NCBI GenBank assembly: GCA_013239625.1
Contig: MU053559.1
Location: 3,350,607 to 3,414,606, forward strand
From: Lama guanicoe
Taxonomy: Eukaryota
DNA: 64,000 nucleotides
Reading direction: 5' to 3'
Made by a program: the position numbers and the translations under genes. The notes beneath the pieces were generated by a model. That model worked only from the letters and a program-made list of their open reading frames with translations, searched no databases and was not told the origin of the DNA. Positions 40,374-53,867 of the stretch are shown piece by piece. The first letter of the stretch is position 1, and each line of letters begins with the position of its first letter.

Positions 40374-42147
40374 TTTTTCCTGCATTATTTTTGGTATTTT
40401 TTATTGAAGTATATAGTTGGTTTACAATGTTGTGTTAATTTCTGTTGTACAGCATAATGTTTCAGTTATACACATATATTGCTTTTTATATTCTATCATT
40501 ATAGGTTACTACAAGATATTGAATATAGTTCCCTGTGTTATACAGTTGAACCTTGTTGTTTATCTGTTTTATATATAGTAGTTACTATCTGCAAATACTG
40601 AACTCCCAATTTATCCCTCCACCCTTCCCCCACTTTTCCCCCTGGTTCCGTAAGTTTGTTGTCTATGTCTATAAGTTTGTTTCTGTTTTGTAAGTAAGTT
40701 CATTTGTGTCTTTTTTAAATTTTAGATTCTACATATGAGTGATATCATATGGTATTTTTCTGTCTCTTTCTGGCTTACTTCACTCAGAATGACATTCTCC
40801 AGGGCCATCCATGTTGCTGCAAATGGCATTATTTTATTCTGAGTAGTATTCCTTTATATATACACACCACATCTTCTTTATTCACTCTTCTGTCCATGGA
40901 CACTTAGTTTCCTTCCATGTGTTGGCTACTGTAAATAGTGCTGCTATGAACATTGGGGTGCATGTATCTTTTTAAGTTATTTTTGTGTGTGTGGCTATAT
41001 GCCCAGAAGTGGGAGTTCCCTGATCAGATGGTAACTATTGTTAGTTTAAGGACCCTCCACACTGTTCTCCATAGTAACTGCACCAATTTACATTCCCAAC
41101 AGTGTAGAAGGGCTCCCTTTTCCTCCACACCCTCTCCAGCATTTATTATTTGTAGACTTTTTAATGATGGCCATTCCAACTGATGTGAGGTGATACCTCA
41201 TTGTAGTTTTGATTTGCATTTTTCTGATAATTAGCAATATTGATCATTTTTTTCATATGACTATTGCCCATTGTATGTCTTCAAGGGAGAAATGCTTGTT
41301 TAGGTCTTCTGCCCATTTTTGGATTGGGTTGTTTGTTTTTTTGTTATTGAGTTGTATGAGCTGTTTGTATATTCTGGAAATTAAGCCTTTGTCAGTTGCA
41401 TCATTTGCAAATATTTTCTCCCATTCTGTAGGTTGTCTTTTTGTTTTGTTGATAGTTTCCTTTGGTGTGCAAAAGCTTTTAAGTTTAATTAGGTCCCATT
41501 TGTTTATTTTTGTTTTTATTCCTATTGCCTGGGTAGACTGCCCTCAGAAAATACTGCTAAGATTTATGTTAGAGAATGTTTTGCCTATGTTTTTTTCTAG
41601 GAAGTTTATAGTGTCTTGTCTTATGTTTTATGTCTTTAAGCCATTTTGAGTTTATTTTTGTGTATGGTGTGAGAGGGTGTTCTAATTTCATTGATTTACA
41701 TGTGGCTGTCCAGCTTTCCCAACACCACTTGAAGAGACTGTCTTTTCTCCATTGTATATTCTTGCCTCCTTTGTTGAAGATAAATTGACCCTATGTCTGT
41801 GGGTTCATTTCTGGGCTCTCTATTCTGTTCCATTGATCCATTATGTCTGTTTTGGTGCCAATACCATGCTATTTTGATTACTGTAGCTCTTTAATATTGT
41901 CTGAAGTCTGGGAGGGTTATTCCTCCAGCTTCATTTTCTTTCTTCAGTATTTCTTTGGCAATTCTGGGTCTTTTGTGATTCCATATAAATTTTAGGATTA
42001 TTTGTTCTAGTTCTGTGAAAAAATGTCTTGGGTAATTTGGTAGGGATTGCATTAAATGTGTAGATTGCTTTGGGTACTATGGCCATTTTAACAATACTAA
42101 CTCTTCCAATCCAAGAGCATAGGATATCTTTCCATTTCTTTAAATCA
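40374..42147 (-). mobile_element. 5'-truncated L1
   Basis: Perfect 16-bp TSD TAAGATTGCAAGTTTT (40358-40373 / 42148-42163); antisense ORF2 C-terminal part and 3' UTR. Confidence 0.95.
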
Positions 42148-42873
42148 TAAGATTGCAAGTTTTAAATCACAACTTTTAAAAATGATGCATGCTCAGTCAT
42201 ATGTTCTCACTAGAAATATTAATAAGCTGAGAGAACAAAGTCTTTTTATACTTTAAACAAAACTTTTCACTGTAAAAATTCAGTGGGAGACGATACATGT
42301 TATTCAGTATATTGACTAGAAAAACAGTTCAGAAAAGAAACATTCATTATAAGTGGATTAAAGTTCACTGTCAAAATGCAATCATAAAAATTGAACATTT
42401 ACTTAGTATACTCTGAATGGAGAACATTCCAAGTATAAAAGAAACTGCAGGCATGAACAGATTTGATGATGAAATTAAAACTTTGAAACATCAAAAACAT
42501 AACATTAGACAATAAATATTTTAAACAGATAACAAGAAATGATGGCTTACCAGGTTTATCTTCAATATGTAAAAGAATGTTATACACATTTGATAAGGAA
42601 TATTCTAGGACTAAAGGAAAATTCTAGGACTAATGGAAAATAAGCACTCAGTCACAAAAGAGAAAAATGGAACCTCAAATGTAATCAAAGAAATATAAAT
42701 AAAATACTGTAATAAGGTTCTATTGCCATGAAATCAATGTCATAAAATTTTAAAGTGGTAATTTCCCTATTGCTGAGGAAAATGGGGAAATCTAACTTTC
42801 CATTCTGGTGTGGTGGAACAACTTTTCTAAAAAGCAATTGGAGAATATCTTTTTGAGCCTTAAAATATCCATA

Positions 42874-45800
42874 GACTTGGAAGAGGCCAAGGTGGAGGAG
42901 TAGAAGGAACCAGAGCTCACTTCCTCTTGTGAACACACTGAAATGGCAGCTAACTACAGAACAACTATTAATATAAAAGACTGGAGCCTACCAGAAAAGA
43001 TCTTCCATAACTGAAGACATAAGAAACAACAATGAAAAGGGGTAGGAAAAGACTCACAGTCAAATCAAATCCCACACCCTCAGTGGGCAACCCACAAACT
43101 GGAGAATAATTACACTGCAGAGGTTCTCTCACAGGAGTGAGAGTTCTGAACCCCACATCAGGCTCCCCAGCCCAGGGGTCCAGCATCAGGAACAGGATCG
43201 TCCAGAGTATTTGGCTTTGAAGGCCAGTGGGGCTTAATTGCAGGAACTCCACAGGATTGGGGGAAATGGAGATCTCACTCTTAAGGGACGCATGCAAAAT
43301 CTCATGTTCTCTGGGACCAAGGACAAAAGCAGTAATTTCATAGAAGCCTGGGTCAGACCTATCTGTTAGTCTTGGGAGAGTCTTGTGGGAAGGCAGGAAG
43401 CAACTGTGGCTCACCCTGGGGACATCGACATGGTGGCAGACAGATCAGGGAGCATTCATCTGCATGAACTCTCCTTCCTGGAGGAAGATATCTTGCTTGG
43501 GTCATTAACACCAAGACCTGGCCCCACCCAACTGCCTGTAGGAGCCAGTCCTGGGATGCCCCAGGCCAAATAACTAACTGGGTGGGGACACATCCCCACC
43601 CATCAGCAGAAAGGCTGCCCAACGACTTCTCGAGCCCACAGCCACTTCTAGACACGCCCCAAGATACAGCCCTGTCCACCAGAGGGCCAAGACCCAGCTT
43701 TACCCACTAGTGGGTGGACACTGGCCCCTCCCACCAGGAAGCCTACACAAGCCTCTAGGCCAGCCTCACCCACCAGGATGCAGACACCAGAAGCAGGAAA
43801 ACTACAATTCTGCAGCCTGTGGAATGAGTCCACATACACAGGCCAGGCTCTACCCTAGGACCAGCTGGCCCCTAACGCTTGGGTGACGAGGGGGGAGTGC
43901 ACTGCTGGCATGCACAAGGATGTCTCCTATAGAAGGCCACTTCTCCAAGGTTGAGAAATGTAACTAAACTACCACATACATAAAGATGAAAATAGAAATG
44001 TAGACAAAATGAGGCAGCAGAGGAATATGTTCCAGGCCAAGGCACAAGACAAAATCCCAGGAGAAGAACTAAATAATGCAGAGATAGGGAATCTATCTGA
44101 AAGAATTCAGAATGATGATCATAGAGATGATCAGAGGACTCGGGAGGAGAATGGATGCACAGAGTGAGAAATTAGAAGTTTTTCAGCAAAGAGAAAATAT
44201 AAAAGACAACCAGAGTTGAAGAATACAATAACTGAAATGAATAATATGCTAGAAGGAATCAACAGTAGATCAAATGAGGCAAAAGAATAGATCAGTGAAT
44301 GAAATGACAGTAGTGGAAATCACTACTGCAAAACAGAACAAAGGAAAGCAATGAATACAGTTTAAGAGACCTCTGGAACAATATCAAGAGTACGAATATT
44401 CATATTATAGGGGTCCCAGAAGGAGAAGAGAGAGAGAGAAAGGGCCTGATAAAATACTTGAAGAGATAATAGCTGAAAACTTCCCTAACTGGGGAAGAGA
44501 AACTATCATCTGAGTCCAGAAGCACAGAGAGTTCCATACATGATTAACATTAAGAGGAACAAACCTAGACATATTGTTATTAAAGTGACAAAAATTAAAT
44601 ATAAAAGGAAATATTAAAAGCAATATGGGGAAATGCAACAAATAACATACAAAGCGACTCCCATGAGACTATCAGCTGGTTTTTCAGCAGAAACTCTACA
44701 GGCCAGGAGGGAGTGGCAAGATATGTTTTGAGTGATGAAAGGGAAAAACTTATAACCAAGAATACTCTACCCAGCAAGGCTCTCATACACATTTCATGGA
44801 GAAATCAAAAGCTTCACAGATAAGCAAAAGCTAAAAGAATTCAGCACCACCAAACCAGCTTTACAAAAAATGCTAAAGGAACTTCTCTAGGAGGGAAAGA
44901 AAAGGTCACAACTAGAAACAAGAAAACTATGAAATGGAAAAGCTCACTAGTTAAGACAAATGTACAGTAAAAGTAGGAAATTGTCCACACACAAACTAGG
45001 AGGAAGATTAAAAGACAAAAGTAGTAAAATCATCTGTATCCACAATAAACAGTTAAGGGATACATGAAACAATTAAAGGTAAAATATAATATTAAGAACA
45101 GTAATCATGAGGGGAAGAGAGTATAAAATGCAGGGTATTTAAAATGCATTTGAAATCAAAACATCAGCAACCTAAAGCAATCACATATGTATATAGACTG
45201 CTATACCAAAACCTCATGGTAACCACAAACCAAAAAATCTATAATAGATACACACACACACATAAAAGGAAACCAAACATAACACTAAATATAGTCACCA
45301 AATCACAAAAGAGAACACAAAAGGAAAAAAGACCTACAAAAACAAACTCAAAAACAATTAACAAAATGGCAATAAGAACACACATGTCAATAATTACCTT
45401 AAATGTGAACGGACTAAATGCTCCAACCAAAAGATATGTACTGCCTGATGTATACAGAAACAAGACCCATATATTCGCTGTGCACAAGAGATTCACTTCA
45501 GATCTAAGACACATACAGACTGAAAGCAAGGGGATGGAAAGTCATTCCAGGCAAATGGGGAAAAAAAGCCAGAGTAGCAATATTTATACAGACAAAATAG
45601 ACTTAAATACTGTTAAAAGAGACAAAGAAGGACACTACATAATGATCAAGGGGTCAATCCAAGAAGATAACAATTGTAACTATATATGCACCCAACATAG
45701 AAGCACCAAAATATATAAGGCAAACGTTAACAAAAAAAGGAAGAAACTGACAGTAACGCAGTAATAGTGGGGGACTTTAACACCCCACTGACATCAGTGG

Positions 45801-48800
45801 ACACCTCATCCAGATGGAAAAATCAATAAGGTAATACAGGCCTTAAATGACACATTAGATCAGACAGACTTAATTGATACTTATAGAATATTCTATACAA
45901 AAGCAGCGGAATACACATTCTTCTCAAGTGACATGGAACATTCTCCAAGACAGATCACATGCTGGCCCATAAAGCAAGCCTTGGTAAATTTAAGGAAACT
46001 GAAATTATATCAAGCATCTTTTCTGACCACAACCCTATGAGATTAGAAATTGACTACAAGAAAAAAAAAAAAACTGCAAAAACCACAAACACACAGAGGC
46101 TAAGCAATATGCTACAAACCAACCAATCGATCACTGAAAAAGTCAAAGAGGAAACTAAAATCCTTACAGAAAAATGAAAACAAAAATACTACAATCCAAA
46201 ACCTCTATGACCCAGCACAAGTAGTTCTAAAGAGGGAAGTTTATGGTGATAGAAACTTACCTCAGGAAACAAGAACAATCTCAAATAAACAACCTAACCT
46301 CACATCTAAAGAAACTAGAAAAGAACAAACAAAACCCAAAGTTAGAAGGAAAGAAAGCACAAGATTACAGCAGAAATAAAATGAAATAGACTTTAAAAAA
46401 AAACAATTAAAAAGATCAATGAAACTAAAAGCTCATTCTTTGAAAAGATGAACAAATTGATAAACCCTTAGCCAGACTCAATCAAAAAAAAAAGAGAAGC
46501 CCAAAATCAATAAAATCAGAAATGAAAAAGAAGTTACAACCAACATCACAGAAATAAAATTATGAAAAGCTATTATAAGCAACTATATGCAAATAAAATG
46601 GACACCCAGAAGAAATAAATTTCTTAGGAAGGTACAATCTCTCAAGACTGAACGAGTAAGAAGTAGAAAATATGAACAAACCAATTACCAGCACTGAAAT
46701 TCAGTCAGTAATTTAAAAACTCCCAGTAAAGTCCAGGACCAGATGGTCTCACAGAGGTGTTCTACCATACATTTAGAAAAGAGTTAATGCCTATCCTTCT
46801 GAAATTATTCCAAAAATTGCAAAAGAAGGAAGACTTCCAAACTCATTCTATGAGGCCACTATCTCTCTGATACCAAAACCAGATTGATCACAGAAAAGAA
46901 AATTACAGGCCAACATCACTTATGAACATAGATGCAAAAATTCTCCACAAGGTACCAGCAAATTGACTCCAACTTGACCCCAACAATACATTAAAAGGAT
47001 CGTATACCATGATCAAGTGGGATTTATCCCAGGGATGCAAGGATTTTTCAATATCCACAAATCAGTGTGCTACACCACATTAACAAATTGAAGAATAAAC
47101 ACTTTATGATCATCTTACTAGATGCAGAAGCTGTTGATAAAATTCAACATCCATTTATGATAAAACCTCTCCAGAAAGTGGGCATAGAGGGAACATACCT
47201 CAACATAAGAAAGGCCATCTATGACAAACCCACAGCTAACATCATACTTAATGTGAGAAACTGAAAAGCATTTCCTCTAAGATCAGGAACAAGACAAGGA
47301 TGCCCACTCCTGCCACTTTTATTCAACACAGTTTTTGACCTCCTAGCCACTACAGTCAAGGAATAAAGAGAAATAAAAGGAATCCAAATTGGAAAAGAAG
47401 AAGTAAAACTGTCACTGTTGGCAGAAGACATGATACTATACACAGGAAATCCTAAAGAGACTACCAGAAAACTATTGGAGCTCATCAATGAATTTGCTAA
47501 AGTTGCAGGATACAAAGAAATATACAGAAATCAGTTGCATTTCTATACACTAACAATGAAATTTCAGAAAAGGAAATTAAAGAAACAATCCATTTACCAT
47601 CACATCAAAAAGAATAAAATACCTAGGAATAAACCTACGTAGGGATGCAAAAGCCTGTACTCTGGGAACTAGAAGACACTGATGAAAAAACTGAAGATGA
47701 TACAAACAGATGGAAAGATACAGTGTTCTTATATTGGAAGAATCAATAGTGTTACAATGGCCATATTACCCAAGGCAATCTACAGATTCAATGCAATCCC
47801 TATCAAATTACCAATGGCATTTTGCACAGAATTGGAACAAAAAATTTTTAATTTTTCATGGAAACACAGAAGACCCTGATAACCCAAACAGTCTTAAGAA
47901 GAATGGAACCAGAAGAATCACTCTCCCTGACTTCAGACTATACCACAAAGCTACAGTAATTAAAACAGTATGGTACATTATGCCATTCAACAGAAATTGA
48001 CACATTGTAACTGACTATTCTTCAATTAAAAAAAAAACAGTATGGTACTGGCACAAAAACAGACACAGATCAATGAACAGATTAGAAAGCCCAGAAATAA
48101 ACCCACACACTTATGGTCAATTAATCTATGACAAAGGAGGTAAGACTATACAATGGAGAAAAGACAGTCTCTTTAATAAATTGTGCTGGGAAAACTGGGC
48201 AGCTACATATAAAAGAATGAAATAAGAGCATTCTCTAACACCATATATAAAAATAAACTTAAAATAGATTTCAGACCTAAATGTAAGACCAAATACTATA
48301 ACACTTTTAGAAGAATACATAGGCAACACACTCTTTGACATAAATTGCAGCAATATTTTTTTCAACCCATCTCCTAGAATAATCTAAATAAAAGCAAATG
48401 TAAGCCCTTTGGAGCTGATGAAACTTAAAAGCTTTTGCACAGCAAAGGAAACCATAAACAAAATAAAAAGACAATCTATACAGATTGGGAGACAATTTGC
48501 GAATGATGAGATCAACAAGGAATTAATTTCCAAAATATCCAAACAGCTCATACACCTTAATATAAAAAAAAAAAATCACAAAATAGGCAGAAGACCTGAA
48601 TAGACATTTCTCCAAGTAACACATCCAGATGGCCAATAGGCCCATGAAAAGATGCTCAGTATCACTGACTATTAGAGAAATGCAAATCAGTGGCAATGAG
48701 GTATCACCTCACACCAGTGAGAATGCCCATCATTAAAAACTCTACAAGTAATAAATGCTGGAGTGGGTGTGGAGAAAAAGGAACCCTCCTATACTATTCA

Positions 48801-49474
48801 CGGAAATATAAATTGGTGCAGCCACTATTGAGAACAGTATGGAGGTTCCTTAAAAAATTAGAGTTACCATATGATCCAACAATCCAACTTCTGGGTGTAT
48901 ATCCAGATAAAACTGTAACTCAAAAAAAATACATGCACTCCAATGTTCACAGCAGCAATATTTACAATAGCTAAGATATGGAAACAACCTAAATGTCCAT
49001 CGACAGATGACTGGATAAAGAAGTGGTATATTTATACAATGGAATACTACTCAGCCATAAAAAAGAATAAAATGCCATTTGCAGCAACATGGGTGGACTT
49101 AGAGATTATCATATTAAGTGAAATAAGTCAAAGACAAATATCATATGATATTACCTATATGTGGAGTCTAAAAAAATGACACAAATGAGCTGATTTAAAA
49201 AACAGAAACTGACAGACATAGAAAAAGAAATTATGGTCACCAAAGAGGGAAGGAGTGAGGGAGGGATAAATTAGGAGTTTAGGATTAACATATACACACT
49301 ACTGTATATAAAATAGATAAACAAGAACCTACTATATAGCACAGGGAAATATATCAGTATCTTGTAATAACCTATAATGGAAAAGAATCTGAAAAATTAT
49401 GTACACGTATAATTGAATCACTTTGCTGTACAGCTGAAACTAACAACATTGTAAATCATCTATACTTCAATTTA
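42874..49474 (+). mobile_element. Full-length inactivated L1 (copy B)
   Basis: TSD AAAATATCCATA / AAAAAATCCATA (42862-42873 / 49475-49486); ORF1 from ATG 44009 to 44932, ORF2 from ATG 45366 to ~49171, both disrupted; inserted in an old L1 3' end. Confidence 0.95.
47977..48033 (+). mobile_element. 57-bp extreme 5'-truncated L1 3' terminus
   Basis: Perfect 15-bp TSD AAAACAGTATGGTAC (47962-47976 / 48034-48048); L1-like end ACATTGTAACTGACTATTCTTCAATTAAAA. Confidence 0.9.
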
Positions 49475-49994
49475 AAAAAATCCATATTCCAGTAAGGAAT
49501 CTGAAGGAAATAATCAGAGATGCAGACCAAGATTTATGTGCTAAATTAATCTTTGTAACATTATGTAAAATAGTGAAGATATGGAAATAGCAGAAATGGC
49601 CTATGATTGGGGGTTGATTAAATCCATTTCAATACATACAAGGAAACAATACGATGCAGCCATTAAGCCGCATTTTTAGTGACATGAGGAATTACTTAAG
49701 ATGTAAATACTAAGGGAAAAAACCAGTTCAAATTTTTATATCCGAAAAATTAACCATTTAAAAAATATATGCTTAGAGAAGAGTTTGAAGGAAATAGTCT
49801 AAAATGTTCACAGTAGTTCTTTCTGGGGACTAGAATTTAATTGATTTTTCACTTTTCCTTAGCTCTCTTATAAATTCCTATTTTCTTCACAATATATGTC
49901 TTAACTTATATTTGGAACACTGACATCGTTTTAACTAAGAATGTGACATGGTCTACGCTCTCAGTTGGGGAAGGAAAGATTGTACTTAAACCTT

Positions 49995-50238
49995 CTTAGA
50001 TTGGCCGTGGGACCATCTGGTCCAACTTGTCCCATTCAGGATTTCCTCCTGTGATACCTCTGCCCCATGGTCCCTCATCTGCCACAACACTTCCAGGACA
50101 GGGGGAGGTGGGGCAAGCACAGATATTTTGAGGCAACCCATTTACTGCATAAGCAATTCTAATTGTTTGGAAGTTCCTCTCTATTGAGCTGAAATCAAAA
50201 TCTTCTTAATGTTATATAGTTTCCCTTTAGTGCCCTTG
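49995..50238 (+). mobile_element. Possible L3/CR1 fragment (ERV insertion site)
   Basis: CATCTGGTCCAAC and AAGTTCCTCTCTATTGAGCTGAAATC resemble the CR1/L3 3' region. Confidence 0.35.
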
Positions 50239-50703
50239 TGTTACTGTGTGCAAGTTCATGTGCCCGAAACACAGTGAGTCCAAACAAACCGAAAGGTCAG
50301 CATTTGGAGCAGAGAAAGGTTCATTGCAGGGCTGAGAAAGCGCACGTGTGGCTTGTGCCCCCCAAAAAAACAAACAAACAAAAAAACCCTGAATTCCCTG
50401 AGGGGTTTCAGTTGAGCTTTTTGAAGGCCAGGTGCAGGAGGGGCATCCCAGGGTCTGTGATCAGCTGTGCAATTCTCTGATTGGTTGATGGTGAGCAATC
50501 CTTAGGTGCCCGAAGGTCTGGAGGCTAAGTGCTCATGATCAAGTAGTTAATTCCTTCCATTTGGTGGTAGTTTTTAGCATCTGAAAAACTCAGGAAATAT
50601 GCATGAGATGCTATTATCTGGGTACTTCAGAGAGGAGCTAAACAGCAGAGGATGAGGGAGCGATCTGTCCAAGGAAGGTCCCAGAGGGTCCTGCTTAGTT
50701 ACA
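50239..50703 (-). repeat. 3' LTR (465 bp)
   Basis: Direct repeat of 55163-55597; adjacent to the PPT. Confidence 0.93.
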
Positions 50704-50719
50704 ATTCCCCTCCTTTTTT
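50704..50719 (-). other. Polypurine tract
   Basis: Minus strand AAAAAAGGAGGGGAAT immediately before the 3' LTR. Confidence 0.85.
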
Positions 50720-51099
50720 GATACTCCTCAATCTTGAGGAGAATAGGTGTTGGACAAGAAGGGAATAATGTTTTAGATAGACAGGTTACTCATAAACTCG
50801 GCAGAGGAACTCACTTTCAATCTCCGATCCTGTTTCATCCTTCCCCAAATCTTTTCAGAGAATGGGGCAATGACGGTTCTGGCTGCTTCCTGCTCATACG
50901 GGGGCATAGTCCTACCTCAATCAGGGGAATGGACACTGAGTTGGAAATATTCCTGAGTCCCAGGTCCTGGATCTGAGTCTTCTATGATTAAGAACACCTG
51001 CCCTGAGGAGTTCAGGAGAATAAGCATGAAGACCAGTCTGGATCTGGCACTTTGGGGGAGACTTGTAGCCAGGTAGCCAGTTGTTTACTTTTATTTAAA

Positions 51100-51240
51100 T
51101 AGGTTTCAACTTCTGATGTGGGGGGTGTGTGTATATATACACATACATAACACAAGAGCTATTGGCCACTACACATGCCTCTTTCTCTGTTAACATCTGA
51201 TCTAAAGCAATTTCATTGTCTAAAAATTTAATAGTTATAA
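51100..51240 (-). pseudogene. env: env transmembrane-subunit remnant (immunosuppressive-domain-like)
   Basis: ORF 51095-51388 contains FLDNEIALDQMLTEKEACVVANSSC, resembling the gamma-type env L(Q/D)NRxALDxLxAExGGxC...CC motif. Confidence 0.65.
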
Positions 51241-53803
51241 GAGGAGACCTTGAAGTCGTAAGGTCACAGCTGCCAACAGACAGTGCTTTGAGAATGGCTG
51301 GTGGTGTTCCGATTATGACACAGCTCAGAAAATTCGAGGTCTCAAACAAAAACAGGAACTTGTCTGAAATTATGCCCACAATGGCCACCTAGCTTTACCT
51401 TGGATGTCTGAACCACAGCTACTCCATTTTGATTTTCAAATGCATTTCCCTCCTCAAGGCCAAAGCAGATGTACGATGCATGTCCAAAAGGCCATAAAAC
51501 AGGCTGCTTTTGTCAGTAAAATTTAAGTTATATCATGTATAAGCCAGTATGATTTCCCCATACCTCAACATGTGAGGATTTGTCCATCATTTCCCCTTTG
51601 GACTGCAAATCTTTTGATAAAAAGCACTGATGATCAAAATACCTCTCCCTTGATGCTGGGGTGATGGCTCCTGCCCCAGGTTCAGATCATGTCCCTCGGT
51701 GCTAAGTCTCCTTTATACGCTGGGGCAAAAGTAATCAGATAATGTCAACAGGTTGAGAAGTATATTACTGGGGAAACACCTTATAAACCATACATTTTAT
51801 CACTCACACCCAATTGTTACACAAACATTGTACATGCGCTTTTAGCAATAAACTTAAAGCAAGCATTTTTATACATCATGAGTAGTTATACTGACAACTC
51901 CATTAGGGAATTCTCTTCCTATCCTAAACATTAGGGGCAACAGTATGGTTAGAAGTCAAACAATAACTTTCAATACTGATAGGGAGACAAACATTTGCGA
52001 CAAACATTTGGTAGACAGTTCAATTAGGAAACACAGACTAAAAGCCAGTGATATTTCAGACAAAACCAAAGAATTATAACCATACCCATCAGTTTGCTTT
52101 TAACCATATTCATCAGTTTACTTAATCCTCGGTAGTTAATCCTTTTTACTAACAGTTTTACAAAATCAGGTTTCGTTACTTTTAAATATCTTACCCAGTT
52201 CAGCAGTATGATTTAAAAGAAACCTATTCTTATCAAAAAGCCCTTTTTATGAATCATCTTGAAGATGAAGCAGTTTTGCAAAGCATTGGCTTAACTGTTC
52301 TATGAATGACAAAAGACTTCGAAAGGCAAGGTTAAAGATCTGATTACAATGTTTTTGACAAAGAAACTTAATCAAGCTGCTATAACATACAACATTTTAA
52401 GATAACTAGAATTATGACTGATAGCATACCAGGACATATCCAAATTTCAGAAACTTAATTTCTAGAATATCTATATTAACATTTATTCACATTATATTAT
52501 CTGAGGGATGCTCATTACTCATTTGACAATGCTTCCTGTGTAATTTAACATACCAACCAATCCTAATTAACTATTTTTGTCTGAGATGACTCAGGGGCCC
52601 TCTGAAGCATCCCAAAGTCATCTGAAGTTAAAAGAACTCGAATTAGAATTTGAATAGGAAGTTTGTCAACATCAAAAAGTTTCACACGATCTGTTATCAG
52701 AAGCATTCTAAATAAACTTGTTCTCTTAACAGAGAGGAACCAAATCTAGTCCTGCACCAGCTTCCTTTTAAACAACAAAATCCATTTATCTCATCACGTT
52801 TAATCTCAGAGTTTTGAGCATGGTCAGGCCTTTTTTATGGCTTCCTTTCTACAAAACTTTCCACAACTTTCTGTATCCATATTAGTCGGTTCCTTATTTT
52901 TTTCCCCATCTAGAGACAACCAGCTCCAGGACCAAATCATTCTTTTCCCTTCAATTCTATTCCTCATACCTTTTTCCCCCCTAGCCAACACACACATCTT
53001 ACTTTCCTATTTCCTTTTTCATCTTTAGTAGCTTTAATTACATATTTAAATTAGAATCCTCAATTCCTAAAAATGTTAACTTCCAAGGAATCTTCCAGTA
53101 TATTATTTTGTTTGAGAATTGATCTAGGTATTCAACTATTCAATAAACTTCCACCATTTAATTTAGCACAACTCTAAAATTTCTAGTCACCAAATATCTG
53201 GAGAGATTATTTTTAAGGAGACATTTCTAAAACAGTTTATGGTTCACCCAAGAGCTCTTATCTCATTTGTATTTGATTCACTTAGAATTTCATCATACCA
53301 ATTCATTTTTTTCTTTTTGCTGACAAACTCTCCAACAGAAACATGAATTTATTGACCTTCAGTAAACTTCGGTAGACGACCTATCTGCATTGATTATACC
53401 AACAAGCTCAAACCAGCTTTAATATCATATCAATAAATATTGAATATTTCCCAGATCACATGAACCTGAAACCTGTTCTGTCTAGCTTTTTTTATACTTA
53501 AAAACAAGTGCTTACAAGTTAAATACTTCTAAATCAATTAAATAGAACTCATTTACAAGTCAGTTTTTTTATGTAAGACAGAACCAGAGATCCCAGTTTT
53601 TCTACTTGAGCTTAAAAAAAATTTTTTTTTTTTTGGAGCCCAGGTAGATTATTTACATCTCAAAGGCACAGGAAGAGGAATGCAAATTCCTCCTCTAACT
53701 GCTTATACAAAACCCAACCATCTTGGCTATTTTCAGGGTTTTTAAAATTTTTTTTCCAGTTCCCAAATATCCACTTCAGTTTAAAGAAATAACAGTAATA
53801 GAC

Positions 53804-53823
53804 TATATATATATATATATATG

Positions 53824-53864
<41 letters not shown>
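53804..53864. repeat. (TA)n microsatellite, interrupted
   Basis: Direct reading. Confidence 0.95.

Positions 53865-53867
<3 letters not shown>

Noticed and set aside
40374..40400. Possible short 3' transduction in the L1 tail
   Set aside because: Only ~20 bp and A-rich; cannot be distinguished from a decayed poly(A) tail.
20287..49474. Segmental duplication as the origin of L1 copies A and B
   Set aside because: Flanks and TSDs differ, and similarity stops at the element boundaries.
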